From: Protoeuglena noctilucae
Lineage: Eukaryota
DNA length: 64,000 bases
Assembly (NCBI GenBank): GCA_958009085.1
Contig: OY253668.1
Span: forward strand, 682,001 to 746,000
Reading direction: 5' to 3'
A program made the translations under genes and the position numbers. This document shows, piece after piece, positions 12,414 to 28,480 of this stretch (position 1 is the stretch's first letter; each line of letters begins with the position of its first letter). Below the pieces are notes generated by a model. That model saw only the letters and a program-made list of their open reading frames with translations. It ran no database searches and had not been told where the DNA came from.

Positions 12414-13050
12414 ATGTCGATGGACACGCTCCGGCATTTAAAGATCGCGACGGGCGTGGTCAAGCGGACGACAAGGGAGCTGCTCATGTACAAGCAGGAA
12501 ACGTCGGCAGAGGCGGAGAAGCTCCGGCAAATGAAGGACGCCGGCGTCGGTGAGGGTCTGGGCGTCGGGGCCGCCTGCGGGTGCGCCATAGTGGAGTGTG
12601 CGGACGTGGCTGAGCGTGGCCGCTGCTCGCAGACGAGCACGACGTCAGCCACCAGGAGAGCGTGCTGCGGGAGTCCGAGATGATGACCCCCGAGACGTCG
12701 AAGCGCCTCAAGGACGCCATGGCTACGCTTGAGACGCTGGTGGTGAGGCTGGAGCTGGCGGCCTCTCGTGCGCGCTCCGACAGTTCGGCGGAGGGTCCGC
12801 TACGCTGCTGTAGAGGGCGAAATGTTTACGGCTGACATTGCGTGGAGCCCGGGGGCGGTGTGCTGCATGCTTGGTGGATTCAACAGGCGTCGGCAGCGCT
12901 GCGTGTGCGCCCCCAGAGCATGCACTAACGCCCAGCAATCTCCACGCGCAGAGCAACTTCGTGGCGCCCGAGGGGTCGGAGGGCTCGGCGACCCAGCTCC
13001 ACGCCCAGGCTGTCGAGGCTCTGGAGGCAGCCAAGGCGGCCGTCGCGTGA
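12414..13050 (+). CDS. TBCA: Tubulin-folding cofactor A
   Basis: LRHLKIATGVVKRTTRELLMY; DEHDVSHQESVLRESEMMTPE. Confidence 0.9.
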
Positions 13051-13271
13051 GAAATCCGTTACCTGAAATGTCATCGTAGGCTCTGATCACCTAGAGGGTA
13101 ACTCAGACGCACTTAGGGTTTTTCTCGCCAGCGTTTTAAGGAGGTCGTAGAAGGGGTGCGCGGCAGTCGAGGTTCGTTAAAGCGGTTCTTGTTGTGCGAT
13201 CGGATACTCGAGGCAGCGCATTCGCAGTGTGACTGCGCGGGCAGGTCCCAAAGAGCGATAACGGTCGGCAG

Positions 13272-16200
13272 ATGATCGCCGCGGCGGGCTTGGGGGTGCA
13301 AGCGCGACCGGCGCCATGTGCCTCGCTCGCTTGTCGTCCAGTCGCGTGCCGGGCGACGAGACCCGCTAGCGTGAGTGCGGCGTTCCAGCGCGAAGTCAAC
13401 GTGCACTCGCTGCAGCCGCATCGGCGCGCGTTCTTCTCGCGCCAGCCCTTGTTTCGGATAGACAGTCATTATCTGCCTCGGAGACGTGTTTCGGCGCAGC
13501 ATCAACGGGGGCAGGGACCGCGAGATCCCCTGTCCAGCGAAGGACAGCATGCACAACTCCATGCCTCCGGCCGGCCATCGCAGGACTTCGCGAAGGCGGC
13601 GAAGGAGAGGGATGGTTCCAAGGAGGAGCAGATGATTGCCGAGCGCGCCAAATCCAGTCCCCTGAAGTGAGTTTCAGCCGTCTGCAGGACTCGTCATACC
13701 GAGACCGCGCATCCTGAGGCGATCGGGCCACAATCGCGATGCTAGGGAAAGCAGCAAACACCTTCATCTTCACAGGAGCGTGGAGGAGGGCCGCAAGGCG
13801 TACATGCCCGGGGAGGTGCGGTACGAGCCCTCGGAGAGCGTCCTGAACACTTGGCGCAACGCCTCGGCGGTCTGCTTCGACATGGACCTCACCCTGACGA
13901 CCAAGGACGGCATCGACGCGCTCGCCGAGTTCAAGGGCTTAGGGCACGTGATTGAGGAGCTGACCAACCGCGCGATGGAGGGCAAGATCGATCTGGCGGA
14001 CTCCATCGAGGCGCGCATGCGGCTCCTCGACCCCACTCCCGAAGACATCCGCGCGTTCCTCACCCGCCACGACCCCGAGAGCCGTCTCGTCCCGGGCGCC
14101 AAGGTGACAGCCATGACCGAGCCCGGCCCGGCATGGGCTCCACCCCATGGCAGCGTCGGGCCGTCATTGACATACTCAGTTGCGCCGCGCCGTACACGCT
14201 TGCAGGAACTCATCAAGGCGCTGCTGGCGCGCGGCATCGACGTGTACGTCATCTCTGGGGGCTTCCGTGAGCTGTGCATGCCCGTGGCGCGGCACCTGGG
14301 CATCAAGCCGTCCAACGTGATCGCCAACCGCATGTGAGAGCCCCGCCACGAAGCCCTCACGTCCCAGATAGCTTCTTGGTGTTGACTGTTGACTCACTGC
14401 CGAACCTTTGTCTGTGCCGCCGCGTGCCGCAGGTACTTTACGTACGACGACAACGACGACTCGGACGACGCCAGGCCAAGCAAGTTCGCGGGGTTCGACC
14501 TGCAGCAGCCCACGGCTCACCAGGGCGGCAAGCCCCGGGCCATCGAGGTGATGCGGCAGAAGCACCCTTACGAGAACATCGTCATGATTGGGGACGGTGT
14601 CACCGACCTGGAAGCCGTGCAAGTGTCGGGCGCAGCGGACATGTTCATCGGATACGGGGGCGTCGCCCAGGCGAGCGGTGGCCAAGGACGGTTTGGGCCC
14701 ACCCGCCCCCCCCACCTTGCCGTTGGAGCGCGGTGCAATCAGATGAGACCCCATCCCACCGCCCCGCAGCGCAAGGCCGTGATGGAGGGCGCCGACTGGT
14801 TCGTCACCGACTACCGTCAGCTCCTGGACGCGCTTGTCAAGTACCGAGTGGCGTTCGTCGGCTCTGGCGCCTGGGCCTGCGCTGCCCTCACCTTGGCGAC
14901 CCGCAACGCCCGGTGAGCCGACCTGCCATGGTAGCTGCCGCCAGTCTGGACCGGCACTTGGGACCTCGCGCACTGGCCTCGATTGCGCTGGGTGTCGCTT
15001 GCAGGGAATTCGACCCTGCGGATGAGTTCGTGGACGAGGTGGTCGTCTGGGTGCATGAGGAGGACTTCGAGGGTCGCAAGTTGTCGGAAGTGGTCAACGA
15101 GACGAAGATGAACCCCAAGTACTTCCCGGGGTACCACCTGGGGGACAACATCAGGTGTGGCTTAGTGGCGCGAGAGTCGGGGCTTTGTCGGCGTGCAAGG
15201 GGCACGTCGGACGGGGCATATTCTGCCTCTGCAGGGCGACGCCGAGCCTGGAGGAGGCGGTGACGGGCGCCGACCTGCTGGTGTTTGTGGCGCCGCACCA
15301 GTTCATCCACACCATCTGCAAACAGATCCGCGACGTCGGTGCGTGGGGCCGGGGGACGGAGAGCGACCGCTGCGGCACGCTTGCTCTCGCCAGGGAGTCA
15401 CGGCTGGCAGGCGCAACGTATGTCGCCGCGGGTCGTGTCGTGTTGCCGACCCGACCTGTCATGTGACCCATCACCGCTCGTGACATCCGGGACGGCCCAT
15501 CCCTTCCTGCAGTCAAGCCGACGGCCCGTGCACTGTCGCTGATCAAGGGGATGCGCGTGCGACAGGAGGGCCCCCAGCTCATCTCAGAGATGATCCGCAA
15601 GACGCTGAACATCGACTGCTGCGTCATGATGGGCGCCAACATCGCGGGGGACATCGCCAGCAGGCGAGAGAGCAGCGTCTGGTGCCACCAGCCCGCGTGC
15701 TGTATGCTGTGTGCTGCGCTTCCCTCACGCCTCTCTGTGGTTTCTTGCACCCCCCAGGGAGCTCAGCGAGTCCACGCTGGGGTACACTGACCTCGAGTCC
15801 GCACGCATCTGGCAGAAGCTCTTTGAGACCCCGGACTTCATCGTTCAGCTCAACCCCGACGTGGCAGGGGTGAGGGACTGGCCATGGATCGGCGTTCCAT
15901 CTCTGTGACTCCCGCACACAGACGAGACGCGCTGCCTCCCATGCATGGGAGCTTGACCTCACTGCCCGGACCCAGCCCGTGCACTCCTCGACCCTTGCCC
16001 ATGTGTAATCATTTACGAACCGTTCCCGTCACACAGACGGAGATCTCCGGCACGCTCAAGAACGTCGTCGCCTTGGCGGCGGGGTTCGTGGACGGCCTCG
16101 GCCTGGGCCCCAACACCAAGGCTGCCATCCTGCGGGCGGGGCTGGACGAGATGCGGCGCTTCGCCAAGGCGCAGTACCCGAGCGTGCGCGACGAGACGTT

Positions 16201-16970
16201 TTTGCTCAGGTGGGGCATCGGCGGGCATAGCACGTCCCATGGCACGGCCACTGGCGGGGAGCGAGGCCTCGCGTCGATGCACCGGGTTTGTTTTGTGGGT
16301 GTGTTACTAAAGCACTTTTCTCACGTGCTATGCCACCGCAGCTGCGGGTTCTCTGACCTGGTGGCGTCGAGCTACGGGGGCCGCAACCGGCTGGTGGCCA
16401 TGGAGTGGACCAAGCGCCAAGTCAGCGGGCAGCCAGCCACCTTCAACGAGGTGAGAAGCCCCGAGTACGGATGCCGGGTGGGAGCCGCCTGCATTGCCCA
16501 CGCGGCGCTGGCCGGAGGTCCGATGGGCGAGCCCAGGGTAGTCGCTGCGTTGTCTTGGTAAATCGTGGCACGGCCTCTGACACGTGTTGTTCTTTGACAC
16601 CACCGCAGCTGGAGGAGGAGCTGCTCAAGGGTCAGAAGCTCCAGGGTGTGTTGACGAGCGACGAGGTGCAGGCGGTGCTGGACCACAACATGATGTCGCA
16701 CGAGTACCCGCTCTTCACGACAGTCAACCTGATCGTGCACGGGCACGTGCCCGTGCAGGAGATCCTGCACTACAAGCAAGTGGGGCACGACGAGGGGCTG
16801 AAGAGGGTGCAGGTGAGCGGGGAGGCGGGGACGGGGCTGTCCCGGGGCTGTGGACCTGTAGCTGGGAGGGCGAGGTGCAGTGATCCGCCACTGGCTGGTT
16901 GTTTCCGCAGAAGGCCCTCAAGGTCCGGGTGGACGGCGACGCGGATCCCAGCGAAGCCCCGCTCAACTGA
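13272..16970 (+). CDS. Bifunctional HAD phosphatase (PSP-like) / NAD-dependent glycerol-3-phosphate dehydrogenase, probably plastid
   Basis: HAD motifs FDMDLT, ISGG, GGK, IGDGVTDL, followed in frame by GPDH motifs VGSGAWA, LIKG, MMGANIA, GTLKNVVA, GGRNR, GQKLQG. Transit-peptide-like N-terminus. Confidence 0.93.
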
Positions 16971-17225
16971 CCCGATCGATCTCAGAGCCATGGGGCACAG
17001 GATGCGCACGCCGGACCCATGCGCTAGCATCCCTTTTGCGTTTTTTGTCGTAGAGAGACTTTCAGAAACGCTGCCAGAGCGTTCCAAAATCAATACACGG
17101 GCGTATCGATTTCTGCTTGAAGAGACGGGCTAAGGAATGTGCTGTGCGAATGCTCGTCTGCCTGCCTGCCTAGCACGACCACCTCGCGTCTGCCTGCCTA
17201 CCGCAACACGTGTTCTGTCGGCCTG

Positions 17226-18209
17226 TTACCACAGCAGCGGGATGAACTGCCAGGTCCTGGCCTTCCAGGACGCGAACTCCGGGTACCTCGCGAGGCTGGC
17301 GTCCTTGCTGGCCATGTTGCCGCGCCAAAGCACGATCGTCTGGGCCCCCACGACCGCGAGCGACCCCCAGTGTCCAGACAGCGTGGCCATGCCTAGGTAC
17401 AGCAGGAGCTCCCCGAGGTAGTTCGGGTTGCGCACGTAGCGGAAGAATCCGTCGGTGACAAGCTGCCCTGGCCGGGCCTTGAGCTGATAGTACTTCTGCG
17501 CGTCCGCCCCGTGCATCGCCCACAGGCCCACGGCCCTGCAGTGCGGATGGAACGCCCAGCGTCATGCGGAGGGTCCGGAATAAGGGTGTGCATGCAGAGG
17601 CGAGGTGAACCCCGACAGGGTGGTGCGTGCGTGGCCGGGCTCACCAGGTGACGATGCTGAGGGCGATGACGGGCAGCGTCGCCTCGTAGTGGTACTTGGT
17701 AACGAGGAAGAGGGGCAGGTAGTACGGGCCGAGAACGAGCACGAAGATGACGAAGCCCCAGATGGCGCCTTGGGTGGGGTTGGGGAGCAGCGCGGCATGG
17801 AAGTTCTGTGGACGAGCACACAACGGCACGGTGCAGGGTGTCACGCACAGCCACTCCCTCCCGCTGTCCGCGGCACATCGCCCATGCTGATCGCACCTTG
17901 TCCGGGTACATGTAGTCCTTGGCCAGCCACAGGTAACCGTACGTGGAGTGCAGGGCCAACAGGACCCAAGCAGCCGCGGTGTACGCCTCGAAGTGATGCA
18001 TAAAGGCGAGGCCCACGAAGGGAATCAACGCTTTGTGGACGTTGATCCAGAACGCCGCCGTGTTGAGGAGGCCTGCGCGAGGCAGCAACACGAGGCAGCT
18101 CGCGGCGGGGGCCAGCGGCGGACGTGGTCCAGAACCGCAGCCCAGCAGGCGTACCTGGCGCCACGAGGGGGTTCCCCTTGACCGTCTTGTCATCTTTAGT
18201 ACCGGTCAT
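17226..18209 (-). CDS. DUF1295 / steroid-5-alpha-reductase-like (ICMT fold) membrane protein, 4 exons
   Basis: HSTYGYLWLAKD..PD, GADAQKYY, LVTDGFFRYVRNPNYLGELLLY, SLARYPEF..W...T..FIP. Confidence 0.8.
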
Positions 18210-18729
18210 GCTGGTTGACGCACGTAGGGCCTGGCCCAGAGCGACGAGGCGGTAAGAAAGGCAGATCGAGCGATTTGTGGTTTGGGCAGTCTGGGTCCCC
18301 GAGCGACGCGCGAGGTGCGTTGGCCGGCTGCCGTCCGTCTAGATATCGGGGATCTGGAATGAGCTGCGATCGACAGCGGTGAGATCGAGTTTGGTGCGCT
18401 CGTGCCGCACATGGCTGGCAGCCAGAAAACAGAGCAGGTTCTACCATCTTGCCCCCCTTGCTGCGTAAGCTGTGCTGCACGCAACCAAAGCATCCATCGG
18501 CGTGCAGTCCGTGCATCCACGCCGAAGCCAGAGGCTTGACCAGACTCATCCAGCGTTCCTCCCCTGCGACTGTCGAAGCTGAGCTGCATATGGTGTGCGT
18601 CGTGGCGGCCTGGTCGGGGCGGGCGGGGCTGGCGCTGGGAGATGCCGGGGCTGTCAGGTGGGCACGGCGGTGCCGATGCCGGGCGATGGGCTCGCGGCGC
18701 GCTCAGTGCTGGTCGCAGAAGAGGACGGT

Positions 18730-20911
18730 ATGACAATGGTGCTGCCAACAAGCTGGAATTCTTTGCGGATTCTTTCTGGGCGACGTGGTGCGCGCTTCTT
18801 TCTCACTCGCTGGCTGGCTTGCACCGCAGGCGACTCCGTGGCTGGCTGAGGGGCGGGAAGGTGTTCGTGGATGGCACACGAGTGGGAGGCGGCCGCCCGC
18901 GTCGAGGCGGAGGCGCGGGGGCGGACCGCGCGGGCCTTGCTTCCAGGGCCACGAGCGCAGCGTCCCCTCCGCCCGCGTCCCCCGCGGCCGGCCCGGGCTC
19001 ACGGCCCAGGATATGCGTTCTCGGTGGGGGATTTGGCGGGCTGTACACTGCGCTTCGCCTTGAAGCGCTGCGCTGGCCGGAGGGGCGTCGGCCCGAGGTC
19101 ACGCTCATCGACAAGTCGGACCGTTTCGTCTTCAAGCCGCTGCTGTACGAGCTGCTCAACGGCACGGCCCAGCCGGAGGAGGTGGCGCCTCAGTTCTCGG
19201 AGCTGCTGGGCCCCACGGCGGTGCGGTTCGTGCGAGGCCGGGTGCGGGAGGTGGAGCACGCAGGCACAGTGCCGGGGTCGGCGGGCAGGGTCGTCCTGGG
19301 AGATGGCACGGTGGTGGAGTATGACTGGATTGTGCTGGCGTTGGGTTCCGAGGGCACCCACCGGGGGGTCCCTGGGGCCAAAGACCACGCGCTGCCCTTT
19401 ACGACTCTCGAGGACACCACCAGGATCAAGGACGAGATCCAGAAGCTGCAGGTGCGAGAACGTCGACGTAAACATGGCATCTGCATGGTTTGGAAGGCAC
19501 GTGCCTTCCCTGCGACGCGGCCTGGGGTGGGCGGGTGGCAGGACCGTCATCCGACACACATCGCCTTTGAGGGCTCTCTCGCCACCTCGTGTCACAGAGT
19601 CGGGGAACGCCAGCGTCCATCGCGGTGGTCGGGGCTGGGTACGCGGGGGTGGAGTTGGCAGCCACAGTGGCAGAGATGCTGGGGTCGAAGGGACGCGTGA
19701 CGGTGGTGGCGCCCGACGCAGCCATTCTGCCGATGGCGCCGGGGCTGCAGCGGGAAGAGGCGGAGCGGTTTTTCCGCAAGACAGGCACCGAGGTGAGAGG
19801 AGAGGGGGGCGTCATAGCATGTGTCACAGAGAGAACGGAGCGTGGGGCTGCATGCACAGCAGCACAACATGGCTGGTCTTCCCACCACGCAGACGCTGCT
19901 GGGCACGGTGGTCAAGGCGATGAGGCGCAAGGACGAGGAAGGCCCCGTGACTGTGCAGATGGCGCCGGTGTCGGGCGCGGGCGGCGAAACGACAAGGGAC
20001 TTTGACTTGGTCCTGTGGACGGCGGGGCAGGTGCCGGTGAGGGGCCCCGGGCAGCGCTTCGAGCAGATTGATGGGCCCCGCATGCCCTTCCCGACCAACG
20101 CCAAGGGCGCGACGGAGACGGACGTGATGCTGCGCGTCAAGGCGCACCCCAGGGCATTCGCGATTGGGGATGTGGCGGCGGACGGCGGGCACCCCCTGCC
20201 GCAGACGGCGCAGGTGGCATTCCAGCAGGCGGATTACGCAGCGTGGAATCTGTGGGCCAGCATCAACAACCGGCCGCTGCTGCCCTTCCGGTGAGTCTGG
20301 GTGACGCGGGGTGACAGGGCACATCCATCGCAATGGCCTGGGGATGACCTCAAATGGCCGACTAGAGCGGGGCACCCCCGCGCCAGCGCTCGCGAAAGCG
20401 GTCGCGGGGCGCAGGGCCCAAAGCGCGTCCCCGGTGGAAGGTCTTGCGGGGGCGTCGCGTAAGTGGTTCCGCGGTGCCGATCGTCACAACAGGGCTGAGG
20501 GCCGACAGATGGCGTGACGCGCGGGCTCTGCGACGGTCGCATCGTATGCACTTCTTTCCTCCGCTCGTCGCCGCCCGCAGGTACCAGCACCTGGGCGAGA
20601 TGATGTCGCTGGGGCGGTTCGAGGGTTCGGTCGCCCTGGCGGTGCCGCTGCCGGCCCAGGTGGCCGACGCGGTGAACGCCTCGCCCCTCGGGTCGCTGAT
20701 GGGCATGGCCGGCATCACAGTCGGGGCCAAGGAGGGCGGCTTTGTCGAGTCGGGGATCAACGTGGGTGGGCCGCTGGGCGCCGCCCTGCGACGGGCGGCG
20801 TACTGGTATCGCCAGCCCACGGACACGCACAAGGTCCGCGTCGGGCAGTCCTGGGTCCAGCAGGCGGTTGGCGAGGCCGTGCGGCAGGCGTCTACTGCCG
20901 GACGCTCCTAG
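18730..20911 (+). CDS. NDC1: Type II NAD(P)H dehydrogenase NDC1-like (plastid)
   Basis: [74 protein letters not shown]. Confidence 0.92.
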
Positions 20912-21086
20912 CGAGTCGCAGCGACCTTGGGATGGACGATTTGAAACTGACTGAAATCGAACCTTTGTACTCTTCTTGAAAGAGACAGCGCCGTGAAAGA
21001 GACAGGCGCCTGGAAGGCATGCATGTTCTCGCATGCGCATCCTGGCAAGCGCAGAGCAAGCGATGGCTGGCACCTGGGCCCGCCCC

Positions 21087-23713
<2,627 letters not shown>

Positions 23714-24836
23714 GAGGGCCCGCCATTGCGCCTCCTCTGGGTCCTCGTCCACGCTCCGCCTGCGGGCATCGATGGAGGTCGGTAAGACATTCATGTACTT
23801 AAACCAGGCTTGTTCTGCGCCTCACATCTGGCTCCGTCGCCGCGCATGGACTGCACATGGCCAACGCACCCCACTGCCCCGCCTTGCCTGTACCGCCTCC
23901 GGGGCTGGCTCGCGGGGCCAGGCCCCGCGCCATTCGCCGTCCTATCGTCCATATCCGGCTGCCACAACAGGGGTCATTCGTGGAATGTGCTAAGTAGTGA
24001 GAGAAACCCAGAACAGGGTGGGTAGGGTGCAGGAAGACGCAAGGGGCCGCTTTGAACGCTGAGTCGTCGCGATGGCAAGCAAGACATTGATGGGGGGGCG
24101 CAGACTGGGGCTCGCGTTTCTCCTCCGCGTAGCCCTGGCACTTGCGGCGACGCGCAAGTGTGGCAGGAACGTCCCGGCCGCCAGGAATACTCCGCGGGGC
24201 ATGTCCTGGGGATCCTCCAGCTTGTGTGAGGGCTCAGCAGGGGGCGCCAGGATTTCTGCGGCCTCGCAGGGACATGGACCACAGCGACATCTGGCTGCCG
24301 CATCTCCCACCGGGTCCCTTGCTGGGCGCCAGCTGCTGACCTTCGTGCGACATAGGAGGTGAGCGCAGGGAAGGTCAAATCGGTGGTGCTCCAGGGCGGC
24401 AATGGTGGCTCTCCGCACGCAGGCCCCCTTAGCTCGACCCGCCTGTCGCGTTCGCGGCTCAGCGGTATCCTTCACGGCATGCATTCTACAATGACAACGC
24501 TCTTGGGCCGTTGAACGGCTCTTTGGACGCCCTGCGCTGTAGCATGGGTGCACATGCCAAACACGAGTGCCTCCACGCGACCCGTGCGTCCGCAAGAGAC
24601 CCGTGCTCCGCCACTTATAAGCATTCCATCTGTAACACAGCGCGCTCCTGTCCCGCGCAGGAGCCGAGGAGCTTCCGGCCCTCGGGCCCGTGCCTCTCGC
24701 CTGGCTGGGGCTGTGAGGTGAATTGCCGGCCCGCGCACGCGCCTCGCGATTGACCACATTCGGCTTCCATGTATGGGATGCGTTCCCCACGCAACTACTA
24801 AGTGCGACCGCTGCCTGCGCAGGTGCTAGCGTGAGG

Positions 24837-27637
24837 ATGCCGAAGAAGAAAAAGCTGACGAAGGCCCAGCTGGAGGAGCTGGCCCGCCAGGAGGAAGTAG
24901 AGAGACGGCGGCAAGAAGAGGAGCGCATCCGCCTGGAGGTGCGCGTGGAGCGGAGTGCTACGAGACGCGTGAAAGCCACATGGGACATTGTGACAAGCAG
25001 TCTGCGCTTCCTCCCGCAGGAAGAGGAGCGCCAACGGCTTGCTGAGCTGGAGCGCCAGCGGTTGGAGCGCGTGGATGACCAGAAGGCGAGCCCGGTTGAT
25101 TCTGTGCCACGAAGAGCGCGTCGCCCTGCGCCTGCCATGACCGTCACGCTTCGGCCCTTGCCCCGCAGAGATTGGAAGCGCAGCGCTTGGAGGAGGAGCG
25201 GAGCGAGTTGGGCTCGTACCTGGAGCGCCTGCACAGCAAGCGCCAGCATGCGGCCCGGCAGCGGGTGGAGGAGGAGGACTGGGCCCACTGCCTGGAGTGC
25301 TCGCACCTGCCTCTCGCGAGCTCGCGGGCGCAGCTGAACGACTACCGCAACTTCATCCGCGAGAACGTGGGGAGCACGATGGCCGAGCTCCTGGGGCAGG
25401 TTGGTGGCGGCGAGCGTGCCGGGCCTGCGTTAACCACCTGCGGCGACAGTGCTGTCCGGCCGCCCATGTCCAGGCACCGCTTGACCCGCCCCTGCCTCTC
25501 CGCCACCCTTCAGGTGTCGGACTTGGAGCACGTCATTGTGCATGGGGAGCACGAGTCGGACATGCGCGTCCAGGAGGGCGACGCGGCGGCGGTCGAGGAG
25601 CTGCGGGGGTTCCTGGCAGACATGCGCGCGCTGGCGGAGGAGCGCGCGGACGCCGCGGCGGCGGCGGTCCTGCTGCGGCACGAGGAGCTGACGCCCATGG
25701 ATGAGGAGTCGCGGGTGGTGCAGGTGGAGCGGGTGGTGGATGGGGTCAAGTTCGCGCTGTGGATCAACCAGGAGAAGAACCAGCGGCCTCCGAAGCACAT
25801 CGTGTGGCCCGGCGTGGACATCTCGATCGAGATCCACCGCCGGATCGGGTCCCAGGTCCACGCCATGAAGGTCGTGCAGCTGCGGAGCGACCACCACGCG
25901 GGCGCCTCGCGGGACCAGTTCGCGGCCCTGGGAGGCACCATCCACCTCGAGCTCGTCGCCATCCCGGCCCAGGCCAAGGTAGGGATATGCGCGCGCGGCC
26001 GGCGCCTGGCTGGCAGATGTGCGTGGAGGCACAGGCACTCAAAACTGGGCCCTGCGCACTAAGCGACTTGCCGCTGTCTTCCCGCAGCGGCTCGAGACGC
26101 CGTCCGGCACGTGGGCCCTCCGGCAGCAGCCCTCGACGGTCCCTCTGACCCAGAGCGTGCACTACCCCACCATCCAGGACCCCACGGACCCCTCCAAGTC
26201 CGTGTACCCCGCCATCGTGGTCTCCTGCCTCCTGGACAAGGGCTTGAACGCTGGGCCGAGCCCAGCCGCGGGGGTCTGGGACGACGAAGCGCAGTGCTGG
26301 TCGCAGCAGGGGGTCGAGGGCGTGTCGTATGACCCCTCCACCGGGCGGCTGGAGTTCACTGCGCACAGCCTCGGGTGCATGGCGCTCCTGCAGGACCGCA
26401 CGGCCATGGTGCCTTATAAGGCCTGGAGCGTGCGCCCGATCGACGGGCGGGGCGGGCGGCGGGCGGCCCTGACCCTCTACCTGGAGGCGCTGGAGCGCCC
26501 GGTGCAGTTCGGCATCGGCGAGGGGCGCGTGTGGCTCCTGGACAGCCCCACGGAGGTGACCAGGGCGCGGCTCCGGATGCTGCACGACAGCTGCCTGCTC
26601 ACCGCGCGTGGCACACACCATGCACCATGCACGGCATTGGCCGTTGCGCTTGCAGGCTATGGACGACCTCGTCGGCAAGGAGATGCAGCCCTGGGGCCTG
26701 CTGCGGGAGATGTCCGCCCGGGGGTACTATCTCCTCCCGGACGACAACCTGGCTGGGTTCTTGGAGCCTGGGAAGGTCGGTGACGGTCGCGTGGGCCCAA
26801 GCGGGGGGGTATGGGGGTACCAGGCGAGAGCGAAGGGGTGACGCCGAGCCCCTGCGAGCTGCCCGCAGATCTCGCTGAAGAAGGAGGACCTGGAGCTGCG
26901 TTTCTGCAATGAGCTGGGGATGCTGTGCGGGGCGTTCCTCCTGGGGTGGAGCCGCCACAACCGGGCCGCGGACGGCGAGCACCTCGTGGCCCGCGTGTCT
27001 GAGGTGAGAGACGGCGCGTGCGTGCGACTGGCCGCTTACGACGGGGCGGTTGGCGCCCGGGAGTCGAGCTGCGCCGCCACGCTTGTTCGCTGTTCGATCG
27101 GGCGCTGGTTGGCGTGGGGCCGCAGATCGTGGACTGGGAGGGCATGGGCCGCACGGAGCTGGACCAGACCGAACGCATCTTCAGCAAGGAGAAGATGGAC
27201 AGGCCCACGAGGCCCCTGGCCGTGATGCAGCGTGGGGAGGCGGGCGTGTGCTTCGTGGACGGTCGGGACCGCGCCGAGGGCCTCGTGATGCCGCCCCCGT
27301 ATGGCAGCTTCGAGTACTACGATTCGGGTGAGGCGGATGCCGGGGCAGCAGCGTGGTGGTGCGCTGGGCGGTGCGTGTCCGTCGCTGCGTAGGACTCAGT
27401 CGGTGTCTCTCTGTGGCCTTTGCAGTCTACGGGGAGGTCCACGCGTCCCTCCTGAAGCTGCTCGACGGCACCAAGACCCCGCGGCTCCTCGAGGCTGCGG
27501 ACGCGGCCACGGCGGACCTCGCGAAGACCTTGCGGGCCTCTCCGGAGGCGGTGGAGCTCGCGATGGGGACGAGCGCTCTGCTCAGCCAGACGGTGGCGCA
27601 GCTCATGCACGCCCTCCGCCTGTTCAGCTTCGGATGA
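24837..27637 (+). CDS. Axonemal dynein subunit IC97/CASC1 (DNAI7)-like, about 9 exons
   Basis: K/E/R-rich N-terminal coiled coil, then WAHCLECSHLP, FALWIN, ALGGTIHLEL, a WDDEAQCW segment and PYKAWSVRP. Confidence 0.75.
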
Positions 27638-27788
27638 GCACCGGATTGAACCATTTCATCGGGGCTGGCGCACGACAAGGGTCGGGAAGTAGACACATGC
27701 AAGCTGCCTCACGAACTCTCTCTATCTCTTTCTAACTCTCTCGCTTATACTCTCTCTGGCATGACCCGTGATGGATGCTCATGAACGC

Positions 27789-28330
27789 TCACGTGCGAAT
27801 CTCAAACACCGGGAACAGGTCGTCTGCGAACTCGCCCTCGTTTGTGAACGTCGTGCCGGTGATGCGGGATTTGGGGGACCCCTCCCGCTGCAGCCAGACC
27901 TTCATCGAATCTGCGCGGACCACAGGGACGCATGGATGTGACAAACGCCTCGACCGTCGCGGCGACGCGGCGATGCCAACCGCAAGCAGCGTTGCCCCGC
28001 ACCACAACCAGGCTTCGACCCTATCACCGCGCCCGTCACGCTCCCCCGGGGCGTGTTCATCACCCATCCCCTCAGCCCGAGCCTGTCGGCCTGCATTTTC
28101 GTGTACTTGCGAAAGAAGACCCCCTGGACCTGCGAGGCCGTATTGGGTCGAGGCTTCCGTCTATCGGCCTGTCTCGACCACGTGACTCGAAAGAATACAC
28201 TACCACCAATGCGGAGCGAGTAATAACAACGCGTGATTCGCGACGCGCGGCGAGGAGTCGCTGCGTCCTCGTCATGCATGTCCCCGGCGCTCACCTTCCC
28301 CACCACCTCGAACTCGAACCCGTGAGCCAT
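27789..28330 (-). CDS. Acylphosphatase, 3 exons
   Basis: [42 protein letters not shown]. Confidence 0.93.
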
Positions 28331-28480
28331 CTTTGATGTTTCTCCTTTCGGAACGTGGCACGTCCAGCTCTTTTCTCAGGGCAGGGAGAAATCAGCAGAA
28401 CGGTGCGAAAGTTAGCAGCGAGCCGGGTGGCGTCCTCTCTGAGCTCTCCTGGAGACAGCATGCCAGCCATTCCGATTTCC

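Noticed and set aside
27714..27760. CT-rich tract between convergent IC97 and acylphosphatase
   Set aside because: Imperfect low-complexity sequence; a terminator role is not supported from sequence alone.
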